From Candidatus Caldatribacterium sp. (GTDB lineage: Bacteria > Atribacterota > Atribacteria > Atribacterales > Caldatribacteriaceae): 64,000 nucleotides of DNA. The translations under genes and the position numbers were made by a program. The notes under the pieces were generated by a model. The model searched no databases, had not been told where the DNA came from, and saw only the letters and a list, made by a program, of their open reading frames with translations. Below are positions 1 to 9,323 of the stretch, in pieces; within the stretch, counting starts at the first letter, position 1, and every line of letters starts with the position of its first letter. Location of the stretch: NCBI GenBank assembly GCA_028275365.1, contig JAPWUU010000002.1:9515-73514 (forward strand), read 5' to 3'.

Positions 1-1
1 C

Positions 2-313
2 ATCTACGTTCCCTTCTTTGACGTTGGGGACTATGTGATTGTCGTCAATGCCGAAAAGGTCCGGGTAACGGGGAAGAAGCTCGACCAGAAGCTGTACCGG
101 CGGCACAGTGGGTACCCAGGGGGGTTGAAGGAGGAGACATTGAGGTCGTTACTTGCACGGAGACCCGAAGAAGTCATCCGAAGGGCGGTGTGGGGAATGA
201 TTCCCCATCATCGTCTGGGTCGCAGAATTATCCGTAAGCTCAAAGTCTACCGTGGTCCTTCTCACCCCCACAGTGCGCAGAATCCGATTCCGCTGCCTAT
301 AGGGAGTGAATGA
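2..313 (+). CDS. rplM: 50S ribosomal protein L13 (5'-truncated by window edge)
   Basis: Frame is open from nt 2 ([49 protein letters not shown]); precedes rpsI. Confidence 0.97.
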   Translation: MYVPFFDVGDYVIVVNAEKVRVTGKKLDQKLYRRHSGYPGGLKEETLRSLLARRPEEVIRRAVWGMIPHHRLGRRIIRKLKVYRGPSHPHSAQNPIPLPIGSE

Positions 314-711
314 CGGTGAGTGTGGCCGTAAAGTACTACGCAACGGGGAGAAGGAAGACTTCGGTGGCCAAAGTCTGGTTGACTCTGGGGGAGGGGAGAA
401 TCGCCGTAAACGGGCGGAGCCTTGAAGAGTATTTCCCCCGGCTGGCCTGGCAGGTTCTTGTGCGGAAGCCCCTCGTGCTGACGGGAACAGAGGCCCGCTT
501 CAACGTTGAAGCTCGGGTTTCGGGAGGAGGTTTGAGCGGCCAGGCTGGAGCTCTGGCGCACGGCATTGCCCGGGCCCTGCTCCTTGTGGACGAGAACCTG
601 CGCAGTGTCCTCAAGAAGGCGGGGCTTTTGACCAGAGACCCCAGGATGAAGGAACGCAAGAAGTACGGTCAGCGGGCAGCTCGTGCTCGCTTCCAGTTCT
701 CCAAACGGTGA
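310..711 (+). CDS. rpsI: 30S ribosomal protein S9
   Basis: [42 protein letters not shown]. Confidence 0.98.
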   Translation: MTVSVAVKYYATGRRKTSVAKVWLTLGEGRIAVNGRSLEEYFPRLAWQVLVRKPLVLTGTEARFNVEARVSGGGLSGQAGALAHGIARALLLVDENLRSVLKKAGLLTRDPRMKERKKYGQRAARARFQFSKR

Positions 712-716
712 TGCAA

Positions 717-752
717 TGGGGGTGCCTGAAGGGTGCCCCCAGTTCGTTTTTT
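717..752 (+). terminator. Probable intrinsic terminator after rpsI
   Basis: tgggggtgcct-gaa-gggtgccccca stem (with G-U pairs) followed by gttcgtttttt. Confidence 0.55.
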
Positions 753-766
753 GAGGTGGCCTCGTT

Positions 767-1855
767 TTGTATCCCCGTCTGGAAATCGACCTCGGTATTC
801 TGAGAGAGAATGCCTGTACGCTTCGAGAAAGGTGTTCCCTCTGGAATGTCCATCCTGTCATCGTGACCAAGGGGTTTCTGGCTGATCCCGTTCTTGCCCG
901 GATGCTGTGGGACCTTGGCTTTTCGAGTTTTGCCGATTCTAACCTCCCAAACCTCCTGCGTCTTCGCCGTCTCTTTGGATCCCAGGCGGAACTCTTCCTC
1001 ATTCGTCTTCCCATGTCCTGGGAGCTTGAAATTCTCAGCGAATACGCCATTTCCCCCTTTGTCTCTCACATTGAGGTCCTGGAGAACCTCGAAGCCATAG
1101 CCCGAAAAACGAAGAGGCCTTCCTCGGTGGTCCTCGCAGTGGAAGGAGGGGATGGGCGGGAGGGGTTTCTTTTTGAGGAGCTTCCCCAGACCCTTGAAGT
1201 GCTGCGGCGTCTTTTTTGGGTTTCCCTGCGGGGAATTGCCACGACCCTTGCCTGTTTGAGCGGTGTCCTCCCCGACCGGGAGGTGGTCGAAAGGCTCCTT
1301 TGGGTGAAGAGGTTTTTTGCAGAGGAACTCCAGAAGGAGGTTGTTCTCTCCGTGGGGGGGACAACCTTTCTCTCCCTCTGGGAGGAGGGAAGACCTCCTG
1401 AGGGAGTGGACGAGGTGCGTTTTGGAGAGGCCCTGCTTTTTGGCAGCGACATCAGCAGGAGAAGGAACATTCCCTGGCTGAAGCAGGGTGCTTTTGCGAT
1501 CCTGGCCGAGGTTGTGGAGGTACGTGTCAAGGAACCCCTTCAGGGGAAGGCCCTGGGGTATGATGCTTTCGGCAGGCCGTGTGCTCTGCAGGCTTCTGGC
1601 CCCCGCAGGAGGATTCTCGTTGCGCTGGGGAAGCAGGACGTTGATGAGGAGCAGTTATATTTCGACGATGAACGTGTTACAATAGTGGGAGCTACAAGCA
1701 ATTACCTTGTGCTTGATGTCGAAGAGAGTCAGCGACCGTACCGGGTCGGCGATGTGATATCGTTTCGTGCCGGGTATGGGGCCGTTTTGCGGGCCTTTCT
1801 CTCTCCGTACGTGGAGAAGGTTTACCGGGAGAAAATGGGAGAGGGGAGAACATGA
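767..1855 (+). CDS. Alanine/ornithine racemase family PLP enzyme (ornithine/lysine racemase-like)
   Basis: MYPRLEIDL..VTKG (PLP Lys), LIRLPM, GDGREG, LACLSGVLP (Cys), RFGEALLFG, ALGKQDV, GATSNYLVLDV; pattern of Orr and Thermotoga lysine racemase. Confidence 0.82.
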   Translation: MYPRLEIDLGILRENACTLRERCSLWNVHPVIVTKGFLADPVLARMLWDLGFSSFADSNLPNLLRLRRLFGSQAELFLIRLPMSWELEILSEYAISPFVSHIEVLENLEAIARKTKRPSSVVLAVEGGDGREGFLFEELPQTLEVLRRLFWVSLRGIATTLACLSGVLPDREVVERLLWVKRFFAEELQKEVVLSVGGTTFLSLWEEGRPPEGVDEVRFGEALLFGSDISRRRNIPWLKQGAFAILAEVVEVRVKEPLQGKALGYDAFGRPCALQASGPRRRILVALGKQDVDEEQLYFDDERVTIVGATSNYLVLDVEESQRPYRVGDVISFRAGYGAVLRAFLSPYVEKVYREKMGEGRT

Positions 1856-2781
1856 CGCAGGCGTTCCGGGGACGTCACTTTCTGGATCTGGCGGATTTCT
1901 CACGGGAAGAGATTCTCTATCTCCTCGAGGTTGCTTTAGACCTGAAGAAGCGGTGGGCGCTGGGTGAGAGATTCAGTGTCCTTGGAGGGAAAATCGTTGC
2001 CCTGCTTTTTGAAAAGCCTTCCCTCCGTACCCGGGTGTCCTTTGAGGTGGCGGTGCGGCAGCTTGGTGGGGAATGCTTTTACCTTGGTCCCCAGGAAGTG
2101 GGTCTTGGCAAGCGGGAGGCCGTGAAGGATGTTGCGCTGGTTCTTGGGAGGATGGTGCATGGCGTCGTAGTCCGCACCTTTGCTCACGAGACGGTCCTTG
2201 AAATGGCCCGATACGCCGGAGTTCCGGTGATCAATGGTCTCTCCGACCTCCACCATCCCTGTCAGGTGCTGGGGGACCTACTCACGGTGCAGGAGAAAAA
2301 AGGAACGCTCAACGTCAAGATTGTTTTTGTGGGTGATGGGAATAACGTCTGCCACTCGTGGATTGTTGCCGCCGCGCGTCTTGGTCTTTCCCTGACTGTG
2401 TGTACTCCTGAGCGGTACCAACCTTCCCGGGAAATTTGGGACTGGGCTCAGAGGGAGGCACAGAAAAGCAAAGCGGAGATTGTCTACGAGGTTGACCCGA
2501 GAAAGGCCGTTCTGGGGGCGGATGTGGTGTACACCGACGTGTGGGCCAGCATGGGGAAAGAACAGGAGCTCGAGGAACGGCTGCCCTTCTTCTGGCCCTA
2601 CCAGGTGAACAATGAGTTACTTGCTCTTGCTTCTTCTGAGGTCATCGTCATGCACTGTATGCCTGCGCACCGGGGACAGGAGATCACCGATGAGGTCATC
2701 GATGGAGCACATTCTGTGGTGATTGACGAAGCAGAGAACAGGCTCCATGCCCAGAAGGCCATCTTGAGCCTCCTGCTTTGA
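1852..2781 (+). CDS. argF: Ornithine carbamoyltransferase
   Basis: FEKPSLRTRVSFE, HHPCQ, GDGNNV, DVWASMG (SMG loop), HCMPAHRG, AENRLHAQKA. Confidence 0.95.
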   Translation: MTQAFRGRHFLDLADFSREEILYLLEVALDLKKRWALGERFSVLGGKIVALLFEKPSLRTRVSFEVAVRQLGGECFYLGPQEVGLGKREAVKDVALVLGRMVHGVVVRTFAHETVLEMARYAGVPVINGLSDLHHPCQVLGDLLTVQEKKGTLNVKIVFVGDGNNVCHSWIVAAARLGLSLTVCTPERYQPSREIWDWAQREAQKSKAEIVYEVDPRKAVLGADVVYTDVWASMGKEQELEERLPFFWPYQVNNELLALASSEVIVMHCMPAHRGQEITDEVIDGAHSVVIDEAENRLHAQKAILSLLL

Positions 2782-2802
2782 GGCCCGGAGGGAAAGAGTC
2801 TC

Positions 2803-3552
2803 TTGCTCCCAGGCTTTCTGAAGTACGCGGTGGAAATAGGGGTACTCTACTATTTTTCGTACCAGTTCCTCAGGTGGGTGAAGGGAACCCCGCTTTTTCT
2901 GCCCGTCCGTTCGCTTATAGTTCTTTTCATCGCCGCGGGGGTCTCGAATCTCCTTACCCTGGGGGAGCTCCGGCTTTTTTGGCGTCTGTGCCTTTTTGTT
3001 TACGTGGGAACAATGTTGCTTGTTCTCCAGCCGGAGTTGCGTAGGAATTACATGAACCGCCTGTACCATCATGTCCTGTTTGAACGGAACACCAACGAAG
3101 AGGGTCGTGTGAAGTTCATCGAGGACCTTGCTCTGGCGTGTCAGACGCTCTCGCGAAAGAAAATCGGTGCACTGGTCGTCCTTGAGAGGACAAATAGCCT
3201 CCGGGATTTCATCCAGACCGGTGTTCTGGTGGACGCTTTTTTTTCGCCGGAGTTGCTCTTCTCCATTTTCCTTCCCGACTCTCCCCTGCATGACGGAGCG
3301 GTGGTTGTTCGGGAGAACAAGATTGTCGCTGCCGGATGCATCCTTCCCCTGGCCGAGCGGGTGGAGGCACGGCGGAAAATCGGTACCCGTCACCGGGCTG
3401 GCCTCGGGGTGACCGAGCAGACTGACGCCTTGGCCATTGTGATTTCTGAAGAGACGGGGAAAATCTCCCTTGCGGTGCACGGGAGGATGGCATGGGATAT
3501 CGAAGCGGGAACGCTCAAGAGAATGCTCAAAATCCTATATCGAAGACTGTGA
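2803..3552 (+). CDS. cdaA: Membrane diadenylate cyclase CdaA/DacA
   Basis: N-terminal TM helices, LQPELRR, IGALVV, PLHDGAVV (DGA), GTRHRAG (RHR), ISEETGKIS. Confidence 0.93.
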   Translation: MLPGFLKYAVEIGVLYYFSYQFLRWVKGTPLFLPVRSLIVLFIAAGVSNLLTLGELRLFWRLCLFVYVGTMLLVLQPELRRNYMNRLYHHVLFERNTNEEGRVKFIEDLALACQTLSRKKIGALVVLERTNSLRDFIQTGVLVDAFFSPELLFSIFLPDSPLHDGAVVVRENKIVAAGCILPLAERVEARRKIGTRHRAGLGVTEQTDALAIVISEETGKISLAVHGRMAWDIEAGTLKRMLKILYRRL

Positions 3553-3668
3553 GGCTTCTCCGGGGACTGCTTGAGAAGCTTTTCTGGTACGACTGGAAGA
3601 CCAAGCTTTTCGCCCTGCTTTTTGCTCTGAGCCTTTTTTTCTTTTTGCTGAGTGAAGGCATCGTGTGA
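3549..3668 (+). CDS. 39-aa single-TM protein resembling the N-terminus of CdaR/YbbR (not in ORF track)
   Basis: GTG start overlaps cdaA TGA (GTGA); MRLLRGLLEKLFWYDWKTKLFALLFALSLFFFLLSEGIV*; occupies the cdaR position. Confidence 0.65.
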   Translation: MRLLRGLLEKLFWYDWKTKLFALLFALSLFFFLLSEGIV

Positions 3669-3713
3669 TATATTCTCAAGAAGAACGCAGGCCATGATGC
3701 GAGAAGGGAGGAG

Positions 3714-5807
3714 TTGCGTTTGAAGGATTTCAAAAGTGGAGACATCCGGAACATTGGATTCTTCTCCCACGCGGGAGCGGGAAAAACCACGTTTTCTGAG
3801 GCCTTGCTCTTCAACGCAGGGGTGACGACACGGCGGGGCAGAGTTGAGGAAGGCAACACAGTTTCTGACTGGCAACCCGAAGAGATTCGACGCGGACTGT
3901 CTATCGACCTTTCGGTCCTGCCCTTCGAGTGGAAGGGTTGCAAGGTCAATCTCATAGATACCCCGGGGTACATGGATTTTCTGGGGAACGTCATTGGGGC
4001 GCTTCGGGCGGTGGACAGCGGGGTGATTTTCCTCTGCGCGGTGTCTGGTGTTGAGGTTGGTGCCGAGAAGGCATGGGACTACCTGAGACGGGAAAACCTC
4101 CCGGTGTTCTTCTTAGTCAACCGTATGGACCGGGAGGGCGCCAATTTCTACGGCGTTTTGGAGGACATTCGCAAAAAGTTCACTCCCAAGGCGACCCCGG
4201 TTTTCCTCCCCATTGGCAAGGAGAGCGCTTTCCGGGGCCTTGTGGACCTTCTGACCATGAAGGCCCTGTACTTCGAGGGTGATGGGAAGACGGTTCGGGA
4301 GGGGGAGATACCTGGAGAGCTTGAAGATGAGGCCAAAACGTGGCGAGAGGAGCTCCTGGAAAACGTTGCGGAGACCGATGACGAGCTCCTCAATCTCTAC
4401 CTTGACGGCCAGGGGATTCCGCCGGAGAAGTTCCGGGAAGCCCTCAAGAAAGCCACGCTTGAGCGAAAGATTTTCCCGGTTCTCTGCGGTTCCGGCCTGG
4501 AGAACAAGGGGGTCACCACTTTAGCGGACTTTCTCGTGGAATTTGCCCCAAGCCCTCTTGACCGCCCGCCGGTGAAGGGGAAGAACCCCAGAACCCAGGA
4601 AGAGGAAGAACGACCCTGCCGTGAGGATGCTCCTTTCTCGGCCTTCGTCTTTAAGGTTCTGAGCGACCCGTACGTGGGGAAGATTGCCTTTTTCCGGGTC
4701 TATTCGGGGAAGCTCTCAGCAGATGCCCGGTTGTACAACGCCTCCCGGGATGTGGAAGAAAAGGTGGGGCAGCTCCTCCTCATTCGGGGGAAGGCGCAGG
4801 AACCTCTGAAGGAAGTCAGGGCGGGAGACATCGCAGCTGTAGCCAAGGTGACCGAGGTTTTCACTGGCAACACCCTCTCGGATCGAGAACACCCCATTGT
4901 TTTTCCACCCCTTGAGTACCCTGAGCCGAACTACATGGCCGCCATACGGCCTGTGGGGAAGGCAGACGAGGAGAAAATCAGCCAGGCTCTGAGCCGCATG
5001 CTCGAAGAGGACCCCACGCTCAGGGTGCAGCGAGAGCCAGATACCAAGGAGGACATCGTCTACGGATTCGGGGACATTCACCTTGATGTTCTGGCAGAAA
5101 AGATGAAACGCAAGTTTGGCGTGGAGGTCGCCCTCTCGGTTCCCCGGGTTCCCTACAAGGAGACCATCAAGAAAACGGCCCGTGCCGAGGGGAAGTACAA
5201 GCGCCAGTCGGGAGGCCGGGGACAGTATGGTCATGCCTGGCTTGAACTTGAGCCACTTCCTCGGGGACAGGGGTTTGAATTCGTCGACAAAATTGTGGGC
5301 GGTGTGATCCCGAAGAACTACATTCCCGCAGTGGAAAAGGGCGTGCAGGAGGCCATGCAGGAAGGGGTCCTTGCTGGGTACCCTGTGGTGGACGTGCGGG
5401 TGACCGTCTACGATGGGTCGTATCATCCGGTGGACTCCTCGGATATGGCCTTCAAGATTGCCGGTTCCATGGCGTTCCGGAAGGGAGCCCAGGAAGCCAA
5501 TCCGGTACTCCTTGAACCCATCATGAGTGTTGAGGTGACGGTGCCTGAAGAGAACATGGGGGACGTTATCGGGGACCTCAACGCTCGCCGGGGGAAGATT
5601 CTGGGCATGGAACCCGAGGATGGCTACCAGAAAATTAAGGCCCTGGTCCCGCTTGCTGAGCTTTTCCGGTATTCCGTTGACCTCCGTTCCATCACCCAGG
5701 GGCGAGGTTCGTTCGTCATGAGGTTCTCCCACTACGAGGAGGTTCCACCTCAGATAGCGGAGGCCATTATTGAGAAGGCACGGAAAGAGAGAGAAGCGGC
5801 TTCGTGA
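3714..5807 (+). CDS. Elongation factor G-like protein (EF-G2 type paralog)
   Basis: Full EF-G domain layout; HAGAGKTT, RRGLSI, DTPGY, NRMD; QSGGRGQYG, YHPVDSS; not in the str operon. Confidence 0.9.
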   Translation: MRLKDFKSGDIRNIGFFSHAGAGKTTFSEALLFNAGVTTRRGRVEEGNTVSDWQPEEIRRGLSIDLSVLPFEWKGCKVNLIDTPGYMDFLGNVIGALRAVDSGVIFLCAVSGVEVGAEKAWDYLRRENLPVFFLVNRMDREGANFYGVLEDIRKKFTPKATPVFLPIGKESAFRGLVDLLTMKALYFEGDGKTVREGEIPGELEDEAKTWREELLENVAETDDELLNLYLDGQGIPPEKFREALKKATLERKIFPVLCGSGLENKGVTTLADFLVEFAPSPLDRPPVKGKNPRTQEEEERPCREDAPFSAFVFKVLSDPYVGKIAFFRVYSGKLSADARLYNASRDVEEKVGQLLLIRGKAQEPLKEVRAGDIAAVAKVTEVFTGNTLSDREHPIVFPPLEYPEPNYMAAIRPVGKADEEKISQALSRMLEEDPTLRVQREPDTKEDIVYGFGDIHLDVLAEKMKRKFGVEVALSVPRVPYKETIKKTARAEGKYKRQSGGRGQYGHAWLELEPLPRGQGFEFVDKIVGGVIPKNYIPAVEKGVQEAMQEGVLAGYPVVDVRVTVYDGSYHPVDSSDMAFKIAGSMAFRKGAQEANPVLLEPIMSVEVTVPEENMGDVIGDLNARRGKILGMEPEDGYQKIKALVPLAELFRYSVDLRSITQGRGSFVMRFSHYEEVPPQIAEAIIEKARKEREAAS

Positions 5808-6196
5808 GCGATGGTGGAGCTTTTGTAGGCGTTGACGTGGTGGAGATTGCACGAATTGCCCGGGTTCTTTCCCTCTTTGGTGAACGGTTCCTCCGGCGCC
5901 TCTTTTCCCCGGAGGAGCTTGCCTATTACCAAGGGAAAGGGACGAGGAGGTGGCAGGAGGGAGTTGCGGCACTTTTTGCCAGCAAGGAGGCGGTGAAGAA
6001 GCTCTTCCTGCAGCGGGGATATTCTCTGGGTTTTCGGGACATCACGGTTCTCCACACGTCCATGGGAGAGCCACGGGTTTTTGTAGCGCGGGGTGGCGAG
6101 GTGTTCCAGAGAATCAGTCTTTCCTTCTCACACTCGCGGGATGTGGTCGTCGCGGTGGCGGTGGGAGTCGTCGGGGGAGGGAAAGGCAGTGATTGA
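5804..6196 (+). CDS. acpS: Holo-[acyl-carrier-protein] synthase
   Basis: GVDVVEIARI, FASKEAVKK, SLSFSHS. Confidence 0.9.
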   Translation: MSDGGAFVGVDVVEIARIARVLSLFGERFLRRLFSPEELAYYQGKGTRRWQEGVAALFASKEAVKKLFLQRGYSLGFRDITVLHTSMGEPRVFVARGGEVFQRISLSFSHSRDVVVAVAVGVVGGGKGSD

Positions 6197-7802
6197 GCTT
6201 GTCACGGCGAGGACCATGCAGGAGCGAGAGAAAAGCGCCTGCGAACGTTTCGGCCTGAAGACCCTTTTACTCATGGAAAATGCCGGAAGGGCAGTGGCGT
6301 CTGAGGTGCTCTCTGTCCTGCGGGAAAGACCGTCGCTGCAGCAGGTGGCCATCGTGTGCGGGACAGGGAACAACGGAGGCGATGGGATGGTGGTGGCCCG
6401 CCACCTTTTCGTGGCGCATCCTGGGAACCCCCCCAAGGTGTACCTTGTGGGTTCTCCGGAGAACCTCAGGGGAGACGCCCAGTACAATTACGCCGTCCTT
6501 ACAGAACTTGGCCTTTCTGTGCAGGTAGTTTCCTCTTCCGGCGATGTTCGGTTTGAGGAGGACACGCTGATTGTCGATGCCCTCTTTGGGACGGGCCTTG
6601 CCCGGGAAGTCGAGGGAGTGCACCGGGAGGTGATTCGGTGTATCAATGCGGCGACGAGAAAGTTCGTTGTGGCTGTCGATGTCCCTTCCGGGGTGGATGC
6701 CAGCGACGGGCGGGTTCTCGGTGAGGCGGTACAGGCGGATCTCACGGTGACCTTTGGTTTTCTCAAGAGGGGCCTTGTCCTGTATCCGGGAAGAGCATAT
6801 GCGGGGAGAATCAAGGTGTACCCCATCGGTGTGCCCCTGTCCTTTGGGGAAGACGAAAAGGCCGATGGGTACCTGGTGCTTCCTTCGGATATCCGTGCCC
6901 TCCTTCCCCGGCGGTCGTGGTCAACCCACAAGATTTCTGCCGGTGTGGTGGGGGTTGTTGCCGGGTCTTCGGCCATGCTCGGTGCGGGGATGCTGGTTGC
7001 TCAGGGAGCCTATCGGGGCGGTGCGGGCATGGTGGTGTGGCCTTTGCCCGCGGAACTTTCTCTGGCGGTGCGGACCAGCCTCCCTGAGGTTGTGGGGGTG
7101 ACCCTTACATCTTCGGTGAGTCCTGACTGGAGCTATGGGGAACACGACGTTGAGGCGGTGCTCCGGGGATTTGAGGCCCGAAAGGTTTCGGGTGTTGTGG
7201 TCGGGCCGGGTCTTGGAGTGCGTGAAGGGGTGCGGCGTTTCTTAGAGCAGTTCCTTGAGTACACTCTAGCAAAGGGTGTGCTCGATGCCGATGCGCTGAA
7301 CATCATCGCCGAACATCGCAAACGGTGGGAGGGGAAACTCGTCGGGTGGGTTGTGACGCCTCACGTGGGCGAGGCGGCTCGCCTTCTGGCCAGGCCCGTG
7401 CAGGAGGTCAGCGAGTGGAAGGTGCAGGCTGCCCGGGATATCGCTTCGTTTTTCGGGTGCGTCGTGGTCCTTAAGGGGCCGGGAACTCTCGTGGTGAGTC
7501 CCGGAGGGGAGGTCTTCGTGAACCCCACAGGGAACGAGCTTCTGGCTACAGCAGGAAGCGGGGATGTTCTGGCAGGACTCATCGGTGGATTCATGGCACA
7601 GGGCCTTGATGCGATAAGCGGTGCGCTCTGCGGGGTGTTTCTCCACGGGCTTTCAGGAGACATCCTGCGTAGGGAAGGGAGAACCTCCATTGTTGCCCAT
7701 GAGATTGCCGAACGCCTTGATGCGGCACGAAAGGTGGTAGAAGATGGAACATGGGAACTTTCATTTCTGGATGGAGATTTCTCGGGAACATCTTGCCCAT
7801 AA
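6189..7802 (+). CDS. nnr: Bifunctional NAD(P)H-hydrate epimerase/dehydratase
   Basis: LMENAG, CGTGNNGGDG, DALFGTG, DVPSG; GPGLG, DADAL, TPHVGEA, LATAGSGDVLAG; start moved to GTG 6189. Confidence 0.93.
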   Translation: MIELVTARTMQEREKSACERFGLKTLLLMENAGRAVASEVLSVLRERPSLQQVAIVCGTGNNGGDGMVVARHLFVAHPGNPPKVYLVGSPENLRGDAQYNYAVLTELGLSVQVVSSSGDVRFEEDTLIVDALFGTGLAREVEGVHREVIRCINAATRKFVVAVDVPSGVDASDGRVLGEAVQADLTVTFGFLKRGLVLYPGRAYAGRIKVYPIGVPLSFGEDEKADGYLVLPSDIRALLPRRSWSTHKISAGVVGVVAGSSAMLGAGMLVAQGAYRGGAGMVVWPLPAELSLAVRTSLPEVVGVTLTSSVSPDWSYGEHDVEAVLRGFEARKVSGVVVGPGLGVREGVRRFLEQFLEYTLAKGVLDADALNIIAEHRKRWEGKLVGWVVTPHVGEAARLLARPVQEVSEWKVQAARDIASFFGCVVVLKGPGTLVVSPGGEVFVNPTGNELLATAGSGDVLAGLIGGFMAQGLDAISGALCGVFLHGLSGDILRREGRTSIVAHEIAERLDAARKVVEDGTWELSFLDGDFSGTSCP

Positions 7803-8865
7803 CCTCCTGGTGCTCAAGCAGCTGGCCTCTCCCCGGGGAGACATCATGGGGGTGGTGAAATCCCAGGTCTACGGCCATGGGGTGGCTACTGCTACCCTGC
7901 TCTCCTCGCTGGGTCTTCGAAAGTTCGGTGTAGCTTCGTTAGAGGAAGCCCTTGATCTCAAAAGGTCTGGCGTTAAGGGTGATATCTACATCCTCGGAGG
8001 GTTTTTCCCCTGGGAGGCTGAGGCCATCGTTGCCGAGGGGTTTATTCCTGTTGTCTCGCAGGAGGAAGAGCTCGAAAACCTGGTCAGGGCTGCAGAGCGG
8101 CAGGGGAAGACTGCCCGCTTTCACTTTAAAGTAGACACCGGGATGGGGAGGCTGGGGTGCCTTCCCTGCAACTTTACCCGTGCTTTTTTTGAGAGAATGT
8201 CCCTTTCGCCTGCCGTTGCTCTGTGCGGTGTGATGACGCATTTCTCGAGCGCCGAAAAGGATCCGGAGTACACGGAGTGGCAATTTCAGAAGTTTCTGGC
8301 TTTCTTGAAGCGCTGGGGGTTCTGGGGAAAATCCCTGGAGTACCACTGCGCGAATAGCGCGGCCTTTCTCACGTTCCCCCATATGCGGCTTGCGCTGAAC
8401 CGGATCGGTATTGCTCTTTTCGGGGTATCCCCAAACGGGGAACCAGAACTCGCAAAGTCGCTTGGTCTAAAGCCCGTCACCAGTGTCCGGGCCCGGGTGA
8501 AGCTCGTCAAGGTTCTCCCCCCTGGTTTCCGGGTGGGTTATGGGGGGACGTTCGTGACCTCGCGGGTGTCGAAAGTAGCGGTTGTCGCCCTGGGGTACGC
8601 CCAGGGGCTCTTCCGGGTTCTTTCCAACAATCTCGAGGTTCTGGTTCACGGGAAGAGGGCTCCAGTCATCGGGACGATCTCCATGGACCAGGTGATGGTT
8701 GATGTCACCCACATCGAGGGAGTGGAGAGAGGGGACGTGGTTACCTTTATCGGGAGGGACGGTGAAGAGGAGATACGGGTTGAAGAGGTTGCGCGCTGGG
8801 GAAAGACAATCCCCCACGAGGTTCTCTGTAGTTTCGGAAGGATACGTCATCGTGTATTCGTCTGA
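7744..8865 (+). CDS. alr: Alanine racemase
   Basis: VVKSQVYGHG, HFKVDTGMGRLG, MTHFS, HCANSA, VGYGG, ISMDQ; acpS-nnr-alr synteny. Confidence 0.92.
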   Translation: MEHGNFHFWMEISREHLAHNLLVLKQLASPRGDIMGVVKSQVYGHGVATATLLSSLGLRKFGVASLEEALDLKRSGVKGDIYILGGFFPWEAEAIVAEGFIPVVSQEEELENLVRAAERQGKTARFHFKVDTGMGRLGCLPCNFTRAFFERMSLSPAVALCGVMTHFSSAEKDPEYTEWQFQKFLAFLKRWGFWGKSLEYHCANSAAFLTFPHMRLALNRIGIALFGVSPNGEPELAKSLGLKPVTSVRARVKLVKVLPPGFRVGYGGTFVTSRVSKVAVVALGYAQGLFRVLSNNLEVLVHGKRAPVIGTISMDQVMVDVTHIEGVERGDVVTFIGRDGEEEIRVEEVARWGKTIPHEVLCSFGRIRHRVFV

Positions 8866-9323
8866 TGAGGGAAGTGGCGTTCTGGCGGACCGAAAGTCCT
8901 GAAGAAACGAAAAGGCGGGGGAGAGAGTTCGTCCTTGAGTTCTGCAGGTCCCCTGTCCTTGTTCTCCTTTCCGGGGAGCTTGGAGCGGGGAAAACGGTTT
9001 TCGTCAAGGGTATGGCCCAGGCTCTGGGGATACCGGAGAGTGAAGTGCGTAGCCCGACGTTTTCTCTGGTTCACGAGTATTCTGGAAAGTCCTGTCCTCT
9101 GTACCACATGGATTTCTACCGCCTGAGCAGGTGGGAAGAGGTCGTGGACCTCGGTTTTCCCGAATACCTGGAGGAAGGAGGTATCGTGGTGGTGGAGTGG
9201 GGGGAGAAATTCCTCTCCCTTTTCCCTCCTCCGTTTTTCTGGGTGCAGATTGGCATTGTCGACGAGTGCGCACGGCGTATCCGGGTTACCCATTCGGGTG
9301 GTGGAGATGATTCTCGCCCTTGA
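8865..9323 (+). CDS. tsaE: t6A biosynthesis ATPase TsaE
   Basis: GELGAGKT, SPTFSLVHEY, HMDFYRL, VVEW. Confidence 0.95.
   Translation: MREVAFWRTESPEETKRRGREFVLEFCRSPVLVLLSGELGAGKTVFVKGMAQALGIPESEVRSPTFSLVHEYSGKSCPLYHMDFYRLSRWEEVVDLGFPEYLEEGGIVVVEWGEKFLSLFPPPFFWVQIGIVDECARRIRVTHSGGGDDSRP

Noticed and set aside
1852-2781. ArgF as an acetyl/succinyl-ornithine or putrescine transcarbamylase because of SLRT and HCMP variants
   Set aside because: The DVWASMG ornithine-binding loop is intact, so ordinary OTCase is the simplest reading
3634-3646. T7/T5 tracts as a frameshift hiding a full-length cdaR
   Set aside because: EF-G2 starts at 3714, so there is no room for YbbR domains in any frame; the tracts encode Phe/Leu of the TM helix
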